DNA of 64,000 bases from Octopus sinensis (lineage: Eukaryota). The notes beneath the pieces are model-generated. The model made no database searches. It saw nothing but the letters and a program-made list of their open reading frames with translations, and was not told the DNA's origin. Numbering within the stretch: position 1 is the stretch's first letter; every line of letters starts with the position of its first letter. Shown piece after piece: positions 1 through 13,536 of the stretch. The stretch lies in NCBI RefSeq assembly GCF_006345805.1, contig NW_021835990.1:124001-188000 (forward strand). The letters run 5' to 3'. A program made the translations under genes and the position numbers.

Positions 1-683
1 TGCATTTCGAACTCAGCTGCGTTAATTTCAAATGGCAATAAATTTAAAGTGCTGACTTTAGCACATAGAGGGTTTATAACGAACGATAGAGTTGCCTTTT
101 CTTTTTTAAAATCCTTAAACCTTTTTATATTTAAACATTCATTTTTAACCTGTCATTGAAAGATTCCTTCATATACAAAAGAGCATTTTTAAAATAAGTT
201 CTATTTATAATTCAATAATTTTCTTCCAAATATTGGCGTAATTTAGGAAAATGTAAAATATTTTGTTCTATATCCTCTTCAAACAGAATTAATTTTTTTC
301 AAATAATATCACTTCCTCATACATGAAAATGCAATTCTCCTTTTAATTAAAGGTATAAATCCCTTTCTCGATCCCAGCATGCTTGCAGCACGTAAAATAT
401 GAGCACTGCTGCTACTAATAATGTAAACGTGAGGTTTCAATTTATTATGGACAAATAAGTTTAGTTCTCGATTATAGTATTAAAGACCCATGAGTTTCAT
501 AGCATGTCAATCGTCAGCAACAGATTTCCAAAGAGGAAAATCTGAAGGCCAGATAATAATCAGCAATCAGTGCAAGGATGACAAACATCATTCGATTATT
601 AAATTAACCCAAGCCATAATATAAAATGACTTATATACTAATTATTAACATATATGTGGTGTACACAACGAAGTAACACTAGA

Positions 684-976
684 TTTATTTATTTTTTTTT
701 ATTTATTTTTTTATTTATTTATTTAAAGACCAAACACGGGCAAAGCCAGTTAATTATAGTTATTCCCGTGATTGCCGATCCAAACGAGGGAGATCCTTCT
801 GAAAGGTTCAATCCTTCCCGCAAGATCGGCCTGAGACGACGATGTCCCAGGGTCTGAGAAGCTAAGAGTCCTTTTTCGGTAGGCATTAAGTGCCTCCTGA
901 GCGTTGCCATATCCGGAAGAATTTCCAACTGACATGGTGGACCCCGTAACGCCACGCTAAGCCCGGAAGGTAAGAG
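684..976 (-). mobile_element. 5'-truncated LINE 3' end with (TAAA)n tail, copy 1
   Basis: About 257 bp matches 45374-45630 with 5 transitions. An A-rich TAAA tail follows on the minus strand. One frame (TSSSQADLAG...RISLVWIGNHG) resembles a decayed RNase H. Confidence 0.75.
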
Positions 977-1489
977 GTTTAATAACATTGATTAAAATTT
1001 TCAAATCTCCTAATTTTCTATTATTAACTGATTAATTTAATTAAATGGAATTTTACTCCAAACCGTTTGTATCCACTTTCTTTTAGAAGAAAAGCATACT
1101 TTTGGCTAACTCTTATCTTCAATCATCACATTTAATTTAATCATTTTAACTTTTCGAGTTTCCACCACCGCATGTTATCCTCACAAACCGGTCGAAAGCA
1201 GAAGCTTACTTTTGTGTTCAATTAGCATACTACCAAGAGTTCTTTTCAACACAACTAATTAGATGTATGTTGCTTCTCCAATAGATAATTTATCCATTTA
1301 ATTTTGCAAGCATTTTTTGACAACTCCGTCTCAGGGCATAACTAGAGCAACCATAAAATTAACCTAAAAATCAAAAATTGAATATAAACCCTCCAAAGAA
1401 CCATTGAATATAAACCCTCCAAATACATCCGACTGCCTCTTAATCTCCAAACTAAATCTTTCGTGCACGTGGACAATACCCTATATCAG

Positions 1490-2640
1490 TCATCGTCAGG
1501 CCGGTTTTTCTGTTATGTTTCATGTCAAAAATCCTGGAAAGGCTGGTTCTTGGAAGAATAGAAGAATTTTTATTCAGAAGACATTTTCAGCATAGGTTCA
1601 AAAAGGCAGGTCCACGTCTTCATACTTACAATCATTGTCGGATTTCATTTGTACCGGTTTTGCAAGCAAACCGAAGCACCAAAAGACCTTTCTTTGCTCC
1701 GTAGACATTTACAAAGCCTTCGACTGTCTTGAAGAAGCTCTTATCAAGGAAGATATTCCAAACTAAATTTCCGCCGAAACTCAAACTATGGATCACTAAC
1801 TTTTAAGTAAACGAAGGGAAAGGGTGTGCTTCGGAGGACTGAAGTCCACGTCTCGTCTCCTGCCCAACAGAGTACCCCCTTATCCCCGGCCCTTTTCAAC
1901 TTTTTCATGGAAGATCTCCCGCCCTCTCTCGACAATAATGATATTGTCCTCTCATATGCGGATGATATCGTAATAGCCTCACGGGACATCCAGAAGGCCT
2001 CTGAAAGGATCCAAACTAACCTGGATTGGCTGAACCTATGGCTAACTGACAACCGACTCGTAGTAAACGCGGCAAAGTCCGCCAAGTCCCTTTTCACATC
2101 TGACAAAAGATTGGGAAAGACTTCAGTCGACTTGAAGCTGAACAATGCGTCCGTACCCTTCTACAGAAGTCAGACGGTCCTAGGGGTAACCCTCGACATG
2201 CACCTCTGCTTCTCCCCACACGCAGACAACCTCCTTCGCAAATGTGAACCCTATCCGGCTTATGGAAAAACGGTTCACAGCCGGTTCCTGGCGAATATTT
2301 ACGGCCAATACTTCGAACCGTCAATTTCCTATCCCTGTGGATCATGTGGTCCTCGGTTATCGTGGTCCAACAGGAGGTGAATCGAGGAGGTCCAATAAAG
2401 AGCCCACAGATTAACCGATCGTTGGTCGCACAATAACGAACGCCCTGGTCTGGCTCCTCTGAAAGACTTGCAAATGCCCCGTCAAACGCGGCCAGCCGCC
2501 CGGAGCGATCTTGTGTGGGCTCGTGGAAAGATCACCGAGCGAGGATGAGATCCCTAGTCGAGTGCATCGAATCACGTGACGTTTGTTTGGTTTTTACAGT
2601 GGTTTTGGTGGTTAAATAAAACAAAAAATAAAATAAATCT
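1490..2640 (+). mobile_element. Degenerate APE-type LINE: RT domain and 3' end
   Basis: MSKILERLVL..., QQSTPLSPALFNFFMED, YADDIV and LGVTLD motifs; frameshifts; TAAAA-rich tail near 2615-2640. Confidence 0.85.
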
Positions 2641-4239
2641 CCAACCACCGCGGTGGAAAAGGAGACTCGTGCTTTGAAGGAGTCGTCGAGTAACGAGGAG
2701 AGTCCTTCTTTAGACTTGGAGGAGTTTTCAAACAAAAAAAGACCGAAAAGAGTAGTCCTTGTGAGGACTAAATGTAATACTGAGGAAGAGGGTGGACTTT
2801 GCTGCGACTGTTGTCTCGGGACGACGACCAGTCGTTCTGGGAAGGCCGAGGAACTGTTGAAATGTTGTAATTACAGAAGATCTGAGTAGTGAGGGTAGTT
2901 CATCCGATTGATCTTAACTTTGTGGACCACATGGTCCAAAGAATGTTCATAAAAACGTATTTCTGGCAGTACATTGAGTGCAAGTCGTGTACTGTGTGTG
3001 GGACGTCAAACAATGATGTACGTTGGAGTGTGTGAATGTCCAGGATAAATTGTTGTTTTGTGATGATTGTGATTGGGGGCACTACATTTATTGTCTCAGA
3101 CCGGAACTCCTTCAGCCTCCTGATTGTATTTAATGTATTTTATTCTTTAGGTGAGTGGAGGTGTCATTTGTGTGGATTTAGACGTTGATTGTATTTCTAA
3201 TTAATTAAAATGATTTATTAATGTGTTTTTTCTTGTGTTTCTAAGATTGAATTCTTAATTTTGTGTTATTTTAAAGCATTTCTCGACAAATTTGTACAAA
3301 GTGTAAATTATGTTAAAAAATGAAATGTATTTTCTAGATAACTATTCTTTGCGGTGTCATAAGCTCCATTCCTGGCGATTTAAACACTTCCAGATGTACT
3401 TAGGTCAAATGTGCGTAAAATTGTCCGTTTCGTTCTATCAATGCGCAACTCAAAATACAATAATCATGGAATTTAATATTTTCCCAATACACTTCTTTAC
3501 AATTGTTTCGATCTTCTCTGATTGTTCACATAAAAACTAATTTTATGCACAATTTCCCACTCTAATGCAATAAACAGCCTCTTTCTGCAGTTTCCAGCAG
3601 TTACAGTTGCCAATCAAATTCATGAGGCCAAACAAAAGACCGTTCTATCAACTCAATATTTTAACTCAACCTTTACAAAAAATCAAATCTGTTTGGGTCT
3701 TGTTCCATAAATGCTCTCAAGTCTCAAAACGACTAATCACCTCAGCAAATTGCAAAATGGCAGACATTTGAATGTAGACAGGGACCGACTCGTTTTCTGA
3801 CACGTGTTCTATGAAGATAACTTATTTCTGGAGAACCGGTTTGGAAAATCTTTTTTGTGTTGCTCTCTTTGACCAACAACTCGATAATCAAGTCAAAAAT
3901 CTCGTCTCTAGTTTTCGTAATCTTCCAGCTGTTTCAACAGTTGGGACATAGCCAATATTCAGTCGAGGACAAAAACGTTCAAATTGGATCTCCAATATAC
4001 GGAAGGGCATATGCATTACACATTTGGTATTCAAGGAACGTGGTTGGAAGGTTCCAGAGTATCCTTAGCATTAAGTATCCGTTTTATCTATCTATTGAGT
4101 TTTGAAAAGCACACTTTGGTGCAACATCAGTTAAATTGGACCAAACAGACAATCGTCAACTTTGCTATGTCCCTTAGAGAGGTATGTGCTGAATACCTTC
4201 TCAATGCTCCTAAATCAATAATTGGTTTTAACTAAGTAA

Positions 4240-4350
4240 GTAGTAGAAGTAGATGAGGGAATGTTTTCAAAGAGAAAGAATAATTCAGGCCGAATTCTCC
4301 CTCAACACTTGGTGTTTCGTGGGGGGTTGCCGTAGAACCAAAGAATGTTT
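4240..4350 (+). mobile_element. Merlin (IS1595/ISXO2-like) transposase fragment
   Basis: EVDEGMFSKRKNNSGRILPQ and then (frameshifted) WCFVGGCRRTKECF resemble the Merlin VEIDES...WVFGG...T motif. Confidence 0.65.
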
Positions 4351-4949
4351 TTGGAGATGGTACTTGACAGGCAAAGAGGCACGTTTACTGATGCATTCGG
4401 CGAAGAATTTAACTGTATGTAATTATAAGATAGCTGATTTGAGGATCCTTTATTTTCCCAATAAGAATATTTACATATTTTTCTTCACCGGAATCAGTCG
4501 TATCCACGATTAAATAACAATCGAATTATCTCATTGACAGGTCGTTCGGCAAAAATTTTTGGTACTTTTGCATTTCACCCTGCACGAAAATAGCCACTAA
4601 ATGAATTAATGAAAATTTTTATGAATATTAGATCGAAAATTTAAAAAATTGAACTATGCCAATTTTTTAATTCGATTCCTTAGTTTATATTAGGGAATTT
4701 TTGCAAAATCTTTTGTATCAACAGTAGTGGGAAGAAACGTTTATATGTAAAATATGTTTTTTACGTAAATCTGTGTTTTTGAAAAAACCATTTTTATGGC
4801 ATGTTACACAAATATCGCATAAATTACAATATAATGCTCCACCTTAGGTAATTGAAAATTCATTAGGAAATTCTTGAATAATTCTAATAGATAGATTTTG
4901 TCGACTTAAGCATTACAACAACGATCAAATAATAGTCAACGTAGATGAA

Positions 4950-5590
4950 AATTTGATTAATTTGAAACCATTAATTCTTCATACGGACAATGGGAAGGAA
5001 TTTGTCAACGAAAGGATTTCCCGATTGTGCAATGAGTACAAGATAAAGCACGTGAGAGGTCGTGCAAGGTGCCCTTGGGTGCAGGGGCAGGTGGAAAGAC
5101 TAAACCAATCTCTGAAATATATGTTGTCCTCCACCTGTTTGTCTGAAAACCTCGATTATAAATGGATTTTGATTATAGACCGGATAACCAGTTCATATAA
5201 CTCAACGGTGCATTCCACTACGTCGTTTGCACCGTTCAGAATTATGTTTGGAGAAAATGCCGATCAGTCTGCAGACATACACTATAGCGAAAAAGAACTT
5301 AATCTCCTATTCGCAAATTTGGATTCATCCAACATAAATGAAAAAGATGACGTAGAGAATTATATGGCTTGAAAATGGTTTACCGTCAAAGACAAAAGGA
5401 CAAAATAGTAGTACAAGGACAAAGGCTGTCCAGTACTCGGATGCGGCGGAAGAAAAAATGCTAAAAAAAACATGTGGAAGAATGACACCTCTGTTTTTAA
5501 AATTGGGGAAAAAGTTGTTAGAAGAATTAAAACAAACAAAAATAAAGGGACGCGGAAGCGGTCTCTAAATGAGCACCATGATAAAAGAAT
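4950..5590 (+). mobile_element. Ginger2/Tdd-like integrase transposase fragment
   Basis: ORF 4953-5372: LHTDNGKEF...PWVQGQVERLNQ...YNSTVHSTT (integrase core, second D and E); frameshifted C-terminal tail follows. Confidence 0.8.
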
Positions 5591-5593
5591 ATA

Positions 5594-6100
5594 CAGTGAA
5601 TACTCCCAAATTCGCCATTTTTGGTTCCGTCATTTTTTGCGGCGAATTTGAGAAATGGCGAATTTCAGAATATAATCAATAATTTTTGAATGTGAGTAGA
5701 ACTGTTTAATAATTCGAAAATAACCAAAATTGACGTAATTGAAAAAATTAATTTTATTTTAACAAATAATTAGGCTTTTTTATTAAATTAATATTCCAGT
5801 CCCATTTGTTGTCTCTTTATATTTTGATTTTTTCCCACTTAGTTTGGTGTTAATCCCATTTAGTATGGTGTTAATCCCATTTAGTATGGGAAATGGTATA
5901 GTACTAAACCCACGTTGCGCCATGTTTTTTTAAAAATGTATTATTTATCAATATTTTTTGTATTTTTATTTAAAAATTTTCAAAAATTCTGGCGAATTTC
6001 AGAATTGGCGAATTTCCATTGAAACTAGAATTTTTTTTTAAAAAAAGGCGAATCTAAGAATTGGCGAATTTAAGAATGGCGAATTTGGGGGTATTCACTG
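5594..6100. mobile_element. pogo/Tigger-family MITE
   Basis: TIRs CAGTGAATAC(T/C)CCCAAATTCGCCATT, TA on both flanks, repeated internal GGCGAATTT motifs. The TIR is related to that of the 16378-18199 element. Confidence 0.85.
5833..5890. repeat. 21-bp minisatellite (TCCCATTTAGTATGGTGTTAA), ~2.7 units
   Basis: Direct tandem units; a related degenerate array lies at 45048-45195. Confidence 0.75.
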
Positions 6101-6196
6101 TACTATGTCAAAGGATTATGTCGCGAGCGCAGCGAGCGACCACTCAATTTCTAGATCCGATCAATCAAAAAATCTATAAATTGACAAATACCCAGG

Positions 6197-7383
6197 CAAG
6201 ACAAGACAAGTTTTATTTCCCAACAAACCCATAAATTAAAGTTAGGAAGAAGGCCAAGAGTAGAACAAGAAACTAATTAAAGTGGGTTTGATTTCATTAT
6301 ATAGGGTCATTTTATGAGACACCACATGTCTCTTCTTCGCATATACCCTAAAGAATTACATCATAATTTCCATAAGTGACGTAACAAATCTTCTATCTTT
6401 CTGACTTTAGCGTCATAAGCATCTTCGATTTTTGAATTTAAGTTCAATCCAAATTCCAATTTAATAGCAAATCTTCTGGTCTTTTCCAACTTTTTCACAA
6501 AAATGCTACTTTCTTCGGACCTATACCATCCTTGATAGCCATATATCAAGAATGGCTCAATACATGTAGAATACACAAAAAGGAAAGTTTCAGGCTCCAA
6601 ATGAAATCGAGTTAAGGATTTCAACATTCCTGTAGCTTTCTCTCTTCGTGTTTTGATATGATCTTTAAAAGATCCTCTTCGGTCTATCGATACTCCGAGA
6701 TACTCCAATTTTCCAGAGTTTTTTATATCTCCTGTATTTACATATTCATTGATATTTTTTCTTTTGCTTGCAATCCATGTGACTGTTGATTTTTCTCTTG
6801 ACAGAGTCAACCCATTGTTTTGGCACCACCTCCCAATGTTTTTTATATGGGTTTCTACCCTTTTCCACGAAATTTGTTTACTTATGCTTGAATCAAGCAC
6901 AAGAATGTCATCAGCATAAATAATCATACGACTATTTATGCTCTCAGTTTTTGGTAACTCACTCATTACACAATTGAAGAGTAGCGGGCTGAGAATTGAT
7001 CCCTGCGGAACCCCTCTTTGTAATTCAATTTTCTTAGAAATTAAATTTCCAACACGTATATACGACCTCCTTCTTGAAAGAAAGTTTTCTATCCATAATA
7101 ATGCGGTTCTCCCAATTCCTGCTTTTGATAACGTATCAAGAAGTCCGTAGTGCCAAACACTGTCAAAGGCCTTCGTTATATCCAAGCACGCTATTGTAAG
7201 AAATTCCTTTTTTCTCCTCGAACTATCAATTGCAGATCTCAGCTCTCTGAGACAATCTCCAGTCCCTTTTTTATGTCGAAAACCCAATTGATTGTCAGAG
7301 AGAAAATTATTATCCTCAACAAGCCTTGAGAGACGATTGAAAACAATTTTCTCCATAATTTTCGAAATTCAGCAGATTAAGCT
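6197..7383 (-). mobile_element. 5'-truncated LINE (Rex1/Babar- or L2-like) with uninterrupted RT ORF 6361-7356
   Basis: QLGFR, LDITKAFD, GVPQGSILSP and YADD motifs; AATAAA followed by a (CTTGT)n tail; flanked by direct repeat AAATACCCAGG (6186-6196, 7384-7394). Confidence 0.9.
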
Positions 7384-7394
7384 AAATACCCAGG

Positions 7395-7622
7395 AATAGG
7401 AATAGGAAGTTTTATTGGAAACAGAGAAGGGTTAAAGGTTAGGGGGGAGTTTGTATAATGAAACAATAGGACTACCCTATCGACTTCTTCCCAGAAAAAA
7501 AAAAGAGACCCCCTCAAGTAAATTTTTTTTTTTTTTTTTTTTTTTTTTTCTACCTCTGCAGGTACGTCCCAGTGACAATTGAGTTGGATTTATAACCACT
7601 AGATGGCCAAATGCAAAATACT
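7395..7622 (-). mobile_element. Short LINE/SINE 3' fragment with (CCTATT)n tail
   Basis: AATAAA followed by CTTCCTATTCCTATT; 13-bp TSD CTAAATACCCAGG (7382-7394, 7623-7635); internal poly(A) tract. Confidence 0.7.
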
Positions 7623-10600
7623 CTAAATACCCAGGCTTGTATTTGGGATTAAATATATTCGATAACAAAAATTAAAATCGATGCCAAAGCAGAATGAGCT
7701 TTAAAACCGATTTCATAAATAAAAATAATATTTTAAAATTTATAATTGATATTTTAGAATAATGAGAAAAAATCTAAATGCTTCATAATTTATAAAAATG
7801 TCAAAACAAGAATCTTCTGAAGGAGCAAGCCTGTCTGCACAGTTCATTTTTGATTAGAAGACCTAATTTTAGAGATTAAAACGAAAAAATAGCAATGAGA
7901 TCTGTCAAATTATTACCCCCCTCACAACCTAAACCAAATTAGCGTTCAGTATTCATTGATTTTACTTTTTCTATTAAGGTCTACTTATAAATTATTTTAT
8001 GGGATTCAATGGAAAACTTAAGTTATTTCAATTTTAATTTTAAATCATGTTAAAATTTTAAATAATTTAATAAATATATTTGTTGATGATAGGCTTGTTA
8101 GGTGTCAAAGTTGCGTCTAGCGCTCGGTCGCTCGCTGCGCTCGCGACAGTTTGCATTATTTGTAATGACGAAATGTGTTAATTTCGAAATTTTGTGAATA
8201 ATTTTAAAAATTTGATTATCATTCGAATTATTGATATGTTATACAGTGGGTCAAATTTGTCTTGGGACACTTGTTTATTTTTAATAAAATATTTAAGTTT
8301 TTTAAAGTATAAAAGTGCAACTAATTTTTTACATAATAAAACATTTAAAAATAATCCAAAATCTGTTTATTTTACAAAAACTTTGACATTTTAAACAAAA
8401 AATCCCTTATATTCTCCAAAACTGCGTTTAAACGTATGTCGTGTGTCAGCTAAATAAGTTCTACAACGGATCAAAGTAATTAATGATCAGCAAATCTTTC
8501 GTTACTTTGAATTAAATATTTGTTTCAGGCCAAACAATAAGATAAAAAAATGAAAAAAGTAAAAATTAAAATCGTCTGGTAGCCCACTAACTAAATTACT
8601 GAGTATCACAATAAATTTCCTACCCAAATTTTCGACATGTAAAATATGCTACTATAAAGAAAATTAATATTGAACTAATCAGCTGGCAGGTGAACTCGTA
8701 GACTAGTCAAAAATCACTGTAGTTAGTTTTTCAAAAAAATTCGAAAATAAATTTTTTAATTCTGTACTATTCTGATCACTATGCAAACGAATAAAATGAA
8801 TTTCTGAGAAAATTGTTTCTGTGTTGAAATTTTATACAAAACTAATTTTTTGTTGAGTTCTTACGTGTTTAGAAATGTGAGAATATGAAAAGACATAACT
8901 TTTCAATTTCTAAAAGGTTATTTGATTCAAACAAAAATATTTGTAGTATAGTATTTGTTCGACTTGGTACAACCGCTCTCAGAATTGCCATAAGTAATTT
9001 CGAAAACTAGTTTATCGAATTTGGATGAAATTTAATATTTTTATTTCTTAAAAATAAAGTTTAGCATAATTAATTATTTTGTAAAAATCAGACAAAATCT
9101 TCTTGTTGTATGGATATAGAAGAAAGGACAGAATATTTTGCGGACAAAAAAGTTATTAAATAATTAAAACATCTAAAGATCTCTGCGATTACTTCAGATA
9201 AACAGCGAAGTACGTTTTTACTTGCAGGGTATTTTAATAAGTAACTGTTGGAAGGGACACAAATATATTTTCAATCGATTCATCGTTAACTCAAATTGTG
9301 GCACAACCAAATGATAAAGACCCAGTTTCTCGAATAATCGTGACCTCAACCACACCACTAGAATATGCATATAGCGTAGACCAATCACTTTTAATTCAAG
9401 CATTCAAATTTTGTTTTCATCAAAGATTTTGAGACAAACAAGTGTCTGACACTCCTGAAGAACCATACGGAGTCAATTACATCTCTCGAATCGCCCGATC
9501 CCTCCATTGTCATATCCGGGGCTACCAATGGGGTAGTTGTCATGACTGATGTACGGTTGGACATGATGTAACCTGATTGTTGAAGGATGGGAAATGAGCC
9601 CTTTCGACAACTGCACTTTTTGGGGAGAAAAGAATGGTGTTTATTTATTAGGGTGTGTGGGGCACATAAAATATAATTGCACTCATCTTTTTGCAGTGGG
9701 GAATGACACGCATGTCCATGTGTATGACGACCGAGTATTCATCACTCTTATTGGCAGAATGAACAACAACCAATACTCACAGACTGCTGCCACGGGGAGT
9801 ACATCACAAGCATTGATTGGTTTCCCCGCACTGGACGGGGATTAGTCATTGCCAGTGACCACCACATTTGCCAGGTTATTCCACATATCGGAGTACACAG
9901 ATCTACGACGTCCATACCCTTGTCCCATCTCAAATAATATACCACAGACCTGTCTGGAAACTTCAGAGCGACGTATTCCCAGTTTTCTAGTTTAGTACAA
10001 CGAGAAATTACTGATGGGGATATCCTCTCCATTCAATCACTCGCAGGAAGTCAATATTCGTCTTTTATCCAACACCGAAACCTACAAAGTTCTATCTGTG
10101 CGTCAAGATTCCATTTCTGAGTATTTCTTGGGTTTGTAATTTCCATTTACTCATAACTAATTGTTAGGTTTGTCGTCCTCTGTTTCCTCCGCTGTCTTTA
10201 CATGGACATACGCAGATAGTTTATCTCGGCTCAGACTAAATCAATATTGTTCGGAGATTATGGTATTCCAGATTTGTTGTCGTACTTAAGTCTTTGGACA
10301 GTCTTTCCATCTCTGATAATTCAAATAAACACGCGGATAATCTATGCCCATGGAAGTTTTGGTTCTCTGTCTTGAAAAGCAATTTTGACGGAAATGTGGA
10401 AATTCTATCAGTTAGTCAGCCTTTCATTGCAGGAAAATCATTCTACTGGGGAATACTCAATAAACTTGTCGGTGTGGCCCTTCTTTGCGTCCTTTCGTCT
10501 AAAATGCACGATGGAGGGTTATATTTGTGTTGAATTATTGGACTGTTCGAGTGGAGACATCGACATTCGATCATTTGTACACCGTTCAGTATATTCTAGT

Positions 10601-12797
10601 TGAGCGAACGTGCTTACGCAGGGATAAACGAGATTTATAAACTTCTTGGGGACATAAGCGACGAATTTAGAAAGGCAAAACGAACAAAAAGATGCCTAAA
10701 TGCGGCAAATATTGGAGGAACTCGGTTCTTTAATTTTGGTGAGGAGTGTCATTACCTTTTGTTAGACAGGATATTGAAATATCACAAAAGTGTGAATGGG
10801 TGGCAGCTCAACATTTGGCTTGATCGACCTTCCCTAGTCTTCCGTTCCCCTCGAGATGATAAATATTCGATGACAGAAATAAATCCATCAACGATCAGGA
10901 AATTAGGAGTACGCTATAGGCATTCTTGTTTGTCTAAACACGTTTAGTTACACGGCAAAGCCATTTCGCGAATTCTGTTTGTACAACTCGAGTATTGCCA
11001 AGGATACACGCCCATGCTTGGCTAATGTTTGCTAATGAATAAATATTGCAGTTTTGGTTGAGTGTGGGAATTGGACATCCGGCTGGGTTTACATTTGTTA
11101 TGGAAAACCTATTCAAGAAGACGTAGATAGTTAACATGAATGTTTAGGATTTGCTACTACTACGAACTATGGGATTTCCACTCCGTTGCAATGGTCGCTC
11201 TCACATTGGAATACTTCAAAGTATACTTTGCTGTACAACTAGTAGCTAATTGAAGGGAATGAAAAGAGAATTGTACGTTTTGAGGTAAAATAATCTGATT
11301 TGAGGCACAGAAAAACATGTACAAAACTCAGAATATAATGCTTGTTCAGTTCAGGAATGTTTATTGTGATATGAATATAATATGGGGGATTGATAATATT
11401 TAAATGCCGAAATTAAATACACTGTGTTGTTAATTTTTTTTGTTTTTTCTGACGAGGTGTGCTGTTTCATCAGAAACAAATACTGCTGGGATTCTTACTA
11501 AATTGATAGCCAACAAAAAATACTCAAGACATAGCCGGTTGATCAAACACAGTCCCACCAACACCCCGCCAGGAACCGCAGCCTTAAAATCTACGGAAAT
11601 CACTTTACATCAACAAGACTATCAATATTTGAACTACTTCCAGTACAGTCGAGACACAAATATCCCCCAATTCCTTAATAATATCGTCCGACCAACTAGT
11701 ACCCCACAATCCGCCCCATTTCTGAGAGCAAAATCAATCTTTTCTTGGATAATGTCTGTATGCTTGTTACTGAAGGTATCCTACCAGTCACACAAATCAT
11801 CGAGACTCCATTAGCCTTAAGAACCATCAAGCACAAGCTTCCAATCGCCCCTGGATGTGTTGTTATAATATTACGCGACCTGTTCCGCCAATTACTACCT
11901 TTTCCTAATAAAAACAGGTCATGAGGTAGAAATAATCACTGAGAAGAACTCTGAGCCACCTCTCAAAAAGGACGCGTTTAACAACACGTGTCCTGGGCCA
12001 TCTCTACAGAACTTGTGGAATCGCTGTTCTCGGTGAAGCAGTCGTTTACTCAAAGGAGAGATAACCCTCAGGGGATATCTATTTGATAAAGTACACAAAG
12101 GGTGACTTTTGCCGACCATGTTTGCACATTTATTTTATTCTCGTTCGACCCAACGGAATAACTGTGCTCTCTAGGACTAGGCTGAGACTATGGTTTTCCC
12201 TACTTTGAGTGGTGATTTTCCGTTTATTTCGTCCGCCAATTTTCATGGCAGAGAATGGAATAAACAGTTTTATATTTGAGGAAGGTTGTATCCTGCCTAT
12301 TTTCTGGTTATTTTGGTAAATGTTCAGGAGGTTGTCGTCTGATCACATCCATGGACTCTCTTTGTTGCCCAATGCTTTTAATATCAGTTTTACTACGAGT
12401 CTAATCTGTCTTGTTTTATTCACCCAACACCCCAAGCAAACTCCGACGACTCTGAAAATTGTGTGTTGGCTTTAACCGCGTTGGAACTATCGAGTCCGTA
12501 AAATTAAGCCTAAATGAATGGAAAGAATGTTTTAATCCCAATTTGTAGACAATCGTCAAGATTAATGAGCATCCAATAAATCAGACTAATCACCACAATT
12601 CATAGAAAGACGTTTCTGGATGAAAATGGGATGCACTGAACACCACGTGAAGGCGTGGAGTCGGCCACAGAATTAATCAATCGACCAATTAGTCGATCAT
12701 GCAAGGACATGTCGGTGGTGGTGCAGGTTACATCGATCAGGCGAGGAGGACTGATGGTCACGAACAATATTAATTCATTGACGTCGCATTTGTATTA

Positions 12798-13507
12798 TAG
12801 GGTTTTCGGATCAATATAATAATTTTTCGAATCATATAATAATTTTTCGAACCAATATAATAATTTTTCGAATCAATATAATAATTTTTAAATTAAATAA
12901 AATTTAAATTTTATTGACCTGAATTTACTGTTAATGGATTCACATAATCAAAATGCTTCTATTCAATCGAACCAGCGAAAACCGTTAACAGTATTTTGAA
13001 AAAGTTCTTTAAAACGGGGGAAGTTCCATCCATCTAAACGTGGTGGAGATAGAAGGTCTAAGCTAACAGACGAAATGAAACAGGAATTAGTTGAAGATTG
13101 CACCAGATCTTTGAAGGATTTGAGCGAATGGATATTCTTCAAATTATCACTGAGCACCGTCGCCAAGGCTTTAAATTCTTTTCATTACTCTTTAAACCAG
13201 AAAGAAGAAACTCAGTTTCAACTATAGAAAGCAGAAGACAATATGCAACAGATTTCAGAAATTCTGAAGTGATTCAAGAATAACGATAATTTACTCTTTT
13301 TGATCTTTTTTTCTTTGAATTTCTTTGAATTTAAAAATTATTATATTGATTCGAAAAATTATTATATGATTCGAAAAATTATTATATTGATTCGAAAAGT
13401 TATTATATTGGTTCGAAAAATTATTATATGATTCGAAAAATTATTATATTGATTCGAAAAGTTATTATATTGGTTCGAAAAATTATTATATTGATCCGAA
13501 AACCCTA
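12798..13507 (+). mobile_element. Internally deleted IS630/Tc1-type transposon with tandem subterminal repeats
   Basis: TIR TAGGGTTTTCGGATCAATATAATAATTTTTCGA with TA flanks; ~22-bp subterminal units (~4 left, ~8 right); internal frameshifted N-terminus TVNSILKKFFKTG...KRGGDRRSKLT...PERRNSVSTIESRRQYA. Confidence 0.85.
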
Positions 13508-13536
13508 TAATAAGATCAAACAGCGCTTATTTGACG

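Larger units (their letters stand above)
6119..8148. mobile_element. Non-autonomous TGT...ACA TIR element (probably Ginger2-related) hosting two LINE insertions
   Basis: Perfect 23-bp TIR TGTCGCGAGCGCAGCGAGCGACC at 6119-6141 and 8126-8148. It shares TGTCGCG with the Ginger2 TIR at 52169. No TSD is visible. Confidence 0.7.

Noticed and set aside
3300-4240. Possible host gene relic
   Set aside because: Stops occur in all frames and no motif was recognised.
7596-7607. CCACTAGATGGC, a match to the CTCF core motif
   Set aside because: A single 12-mer within a retroelement fragment is not distinguishable from chance.
9200-12700. Moderately GC-rich stretch with many 60-125-aa ORFs, likely host gene remnants
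   Set aside because: No domain was recognisable and no consistent spliced frame could be built by hand; it needs tBLASTn or HMM searches.
12800-13500. Regular ~22-bp repeats resembling a CRISPR array
   Set aside because: There are no unique spacers; they are inverted subterminal repeats of a transposon in eukaryotic DNA.
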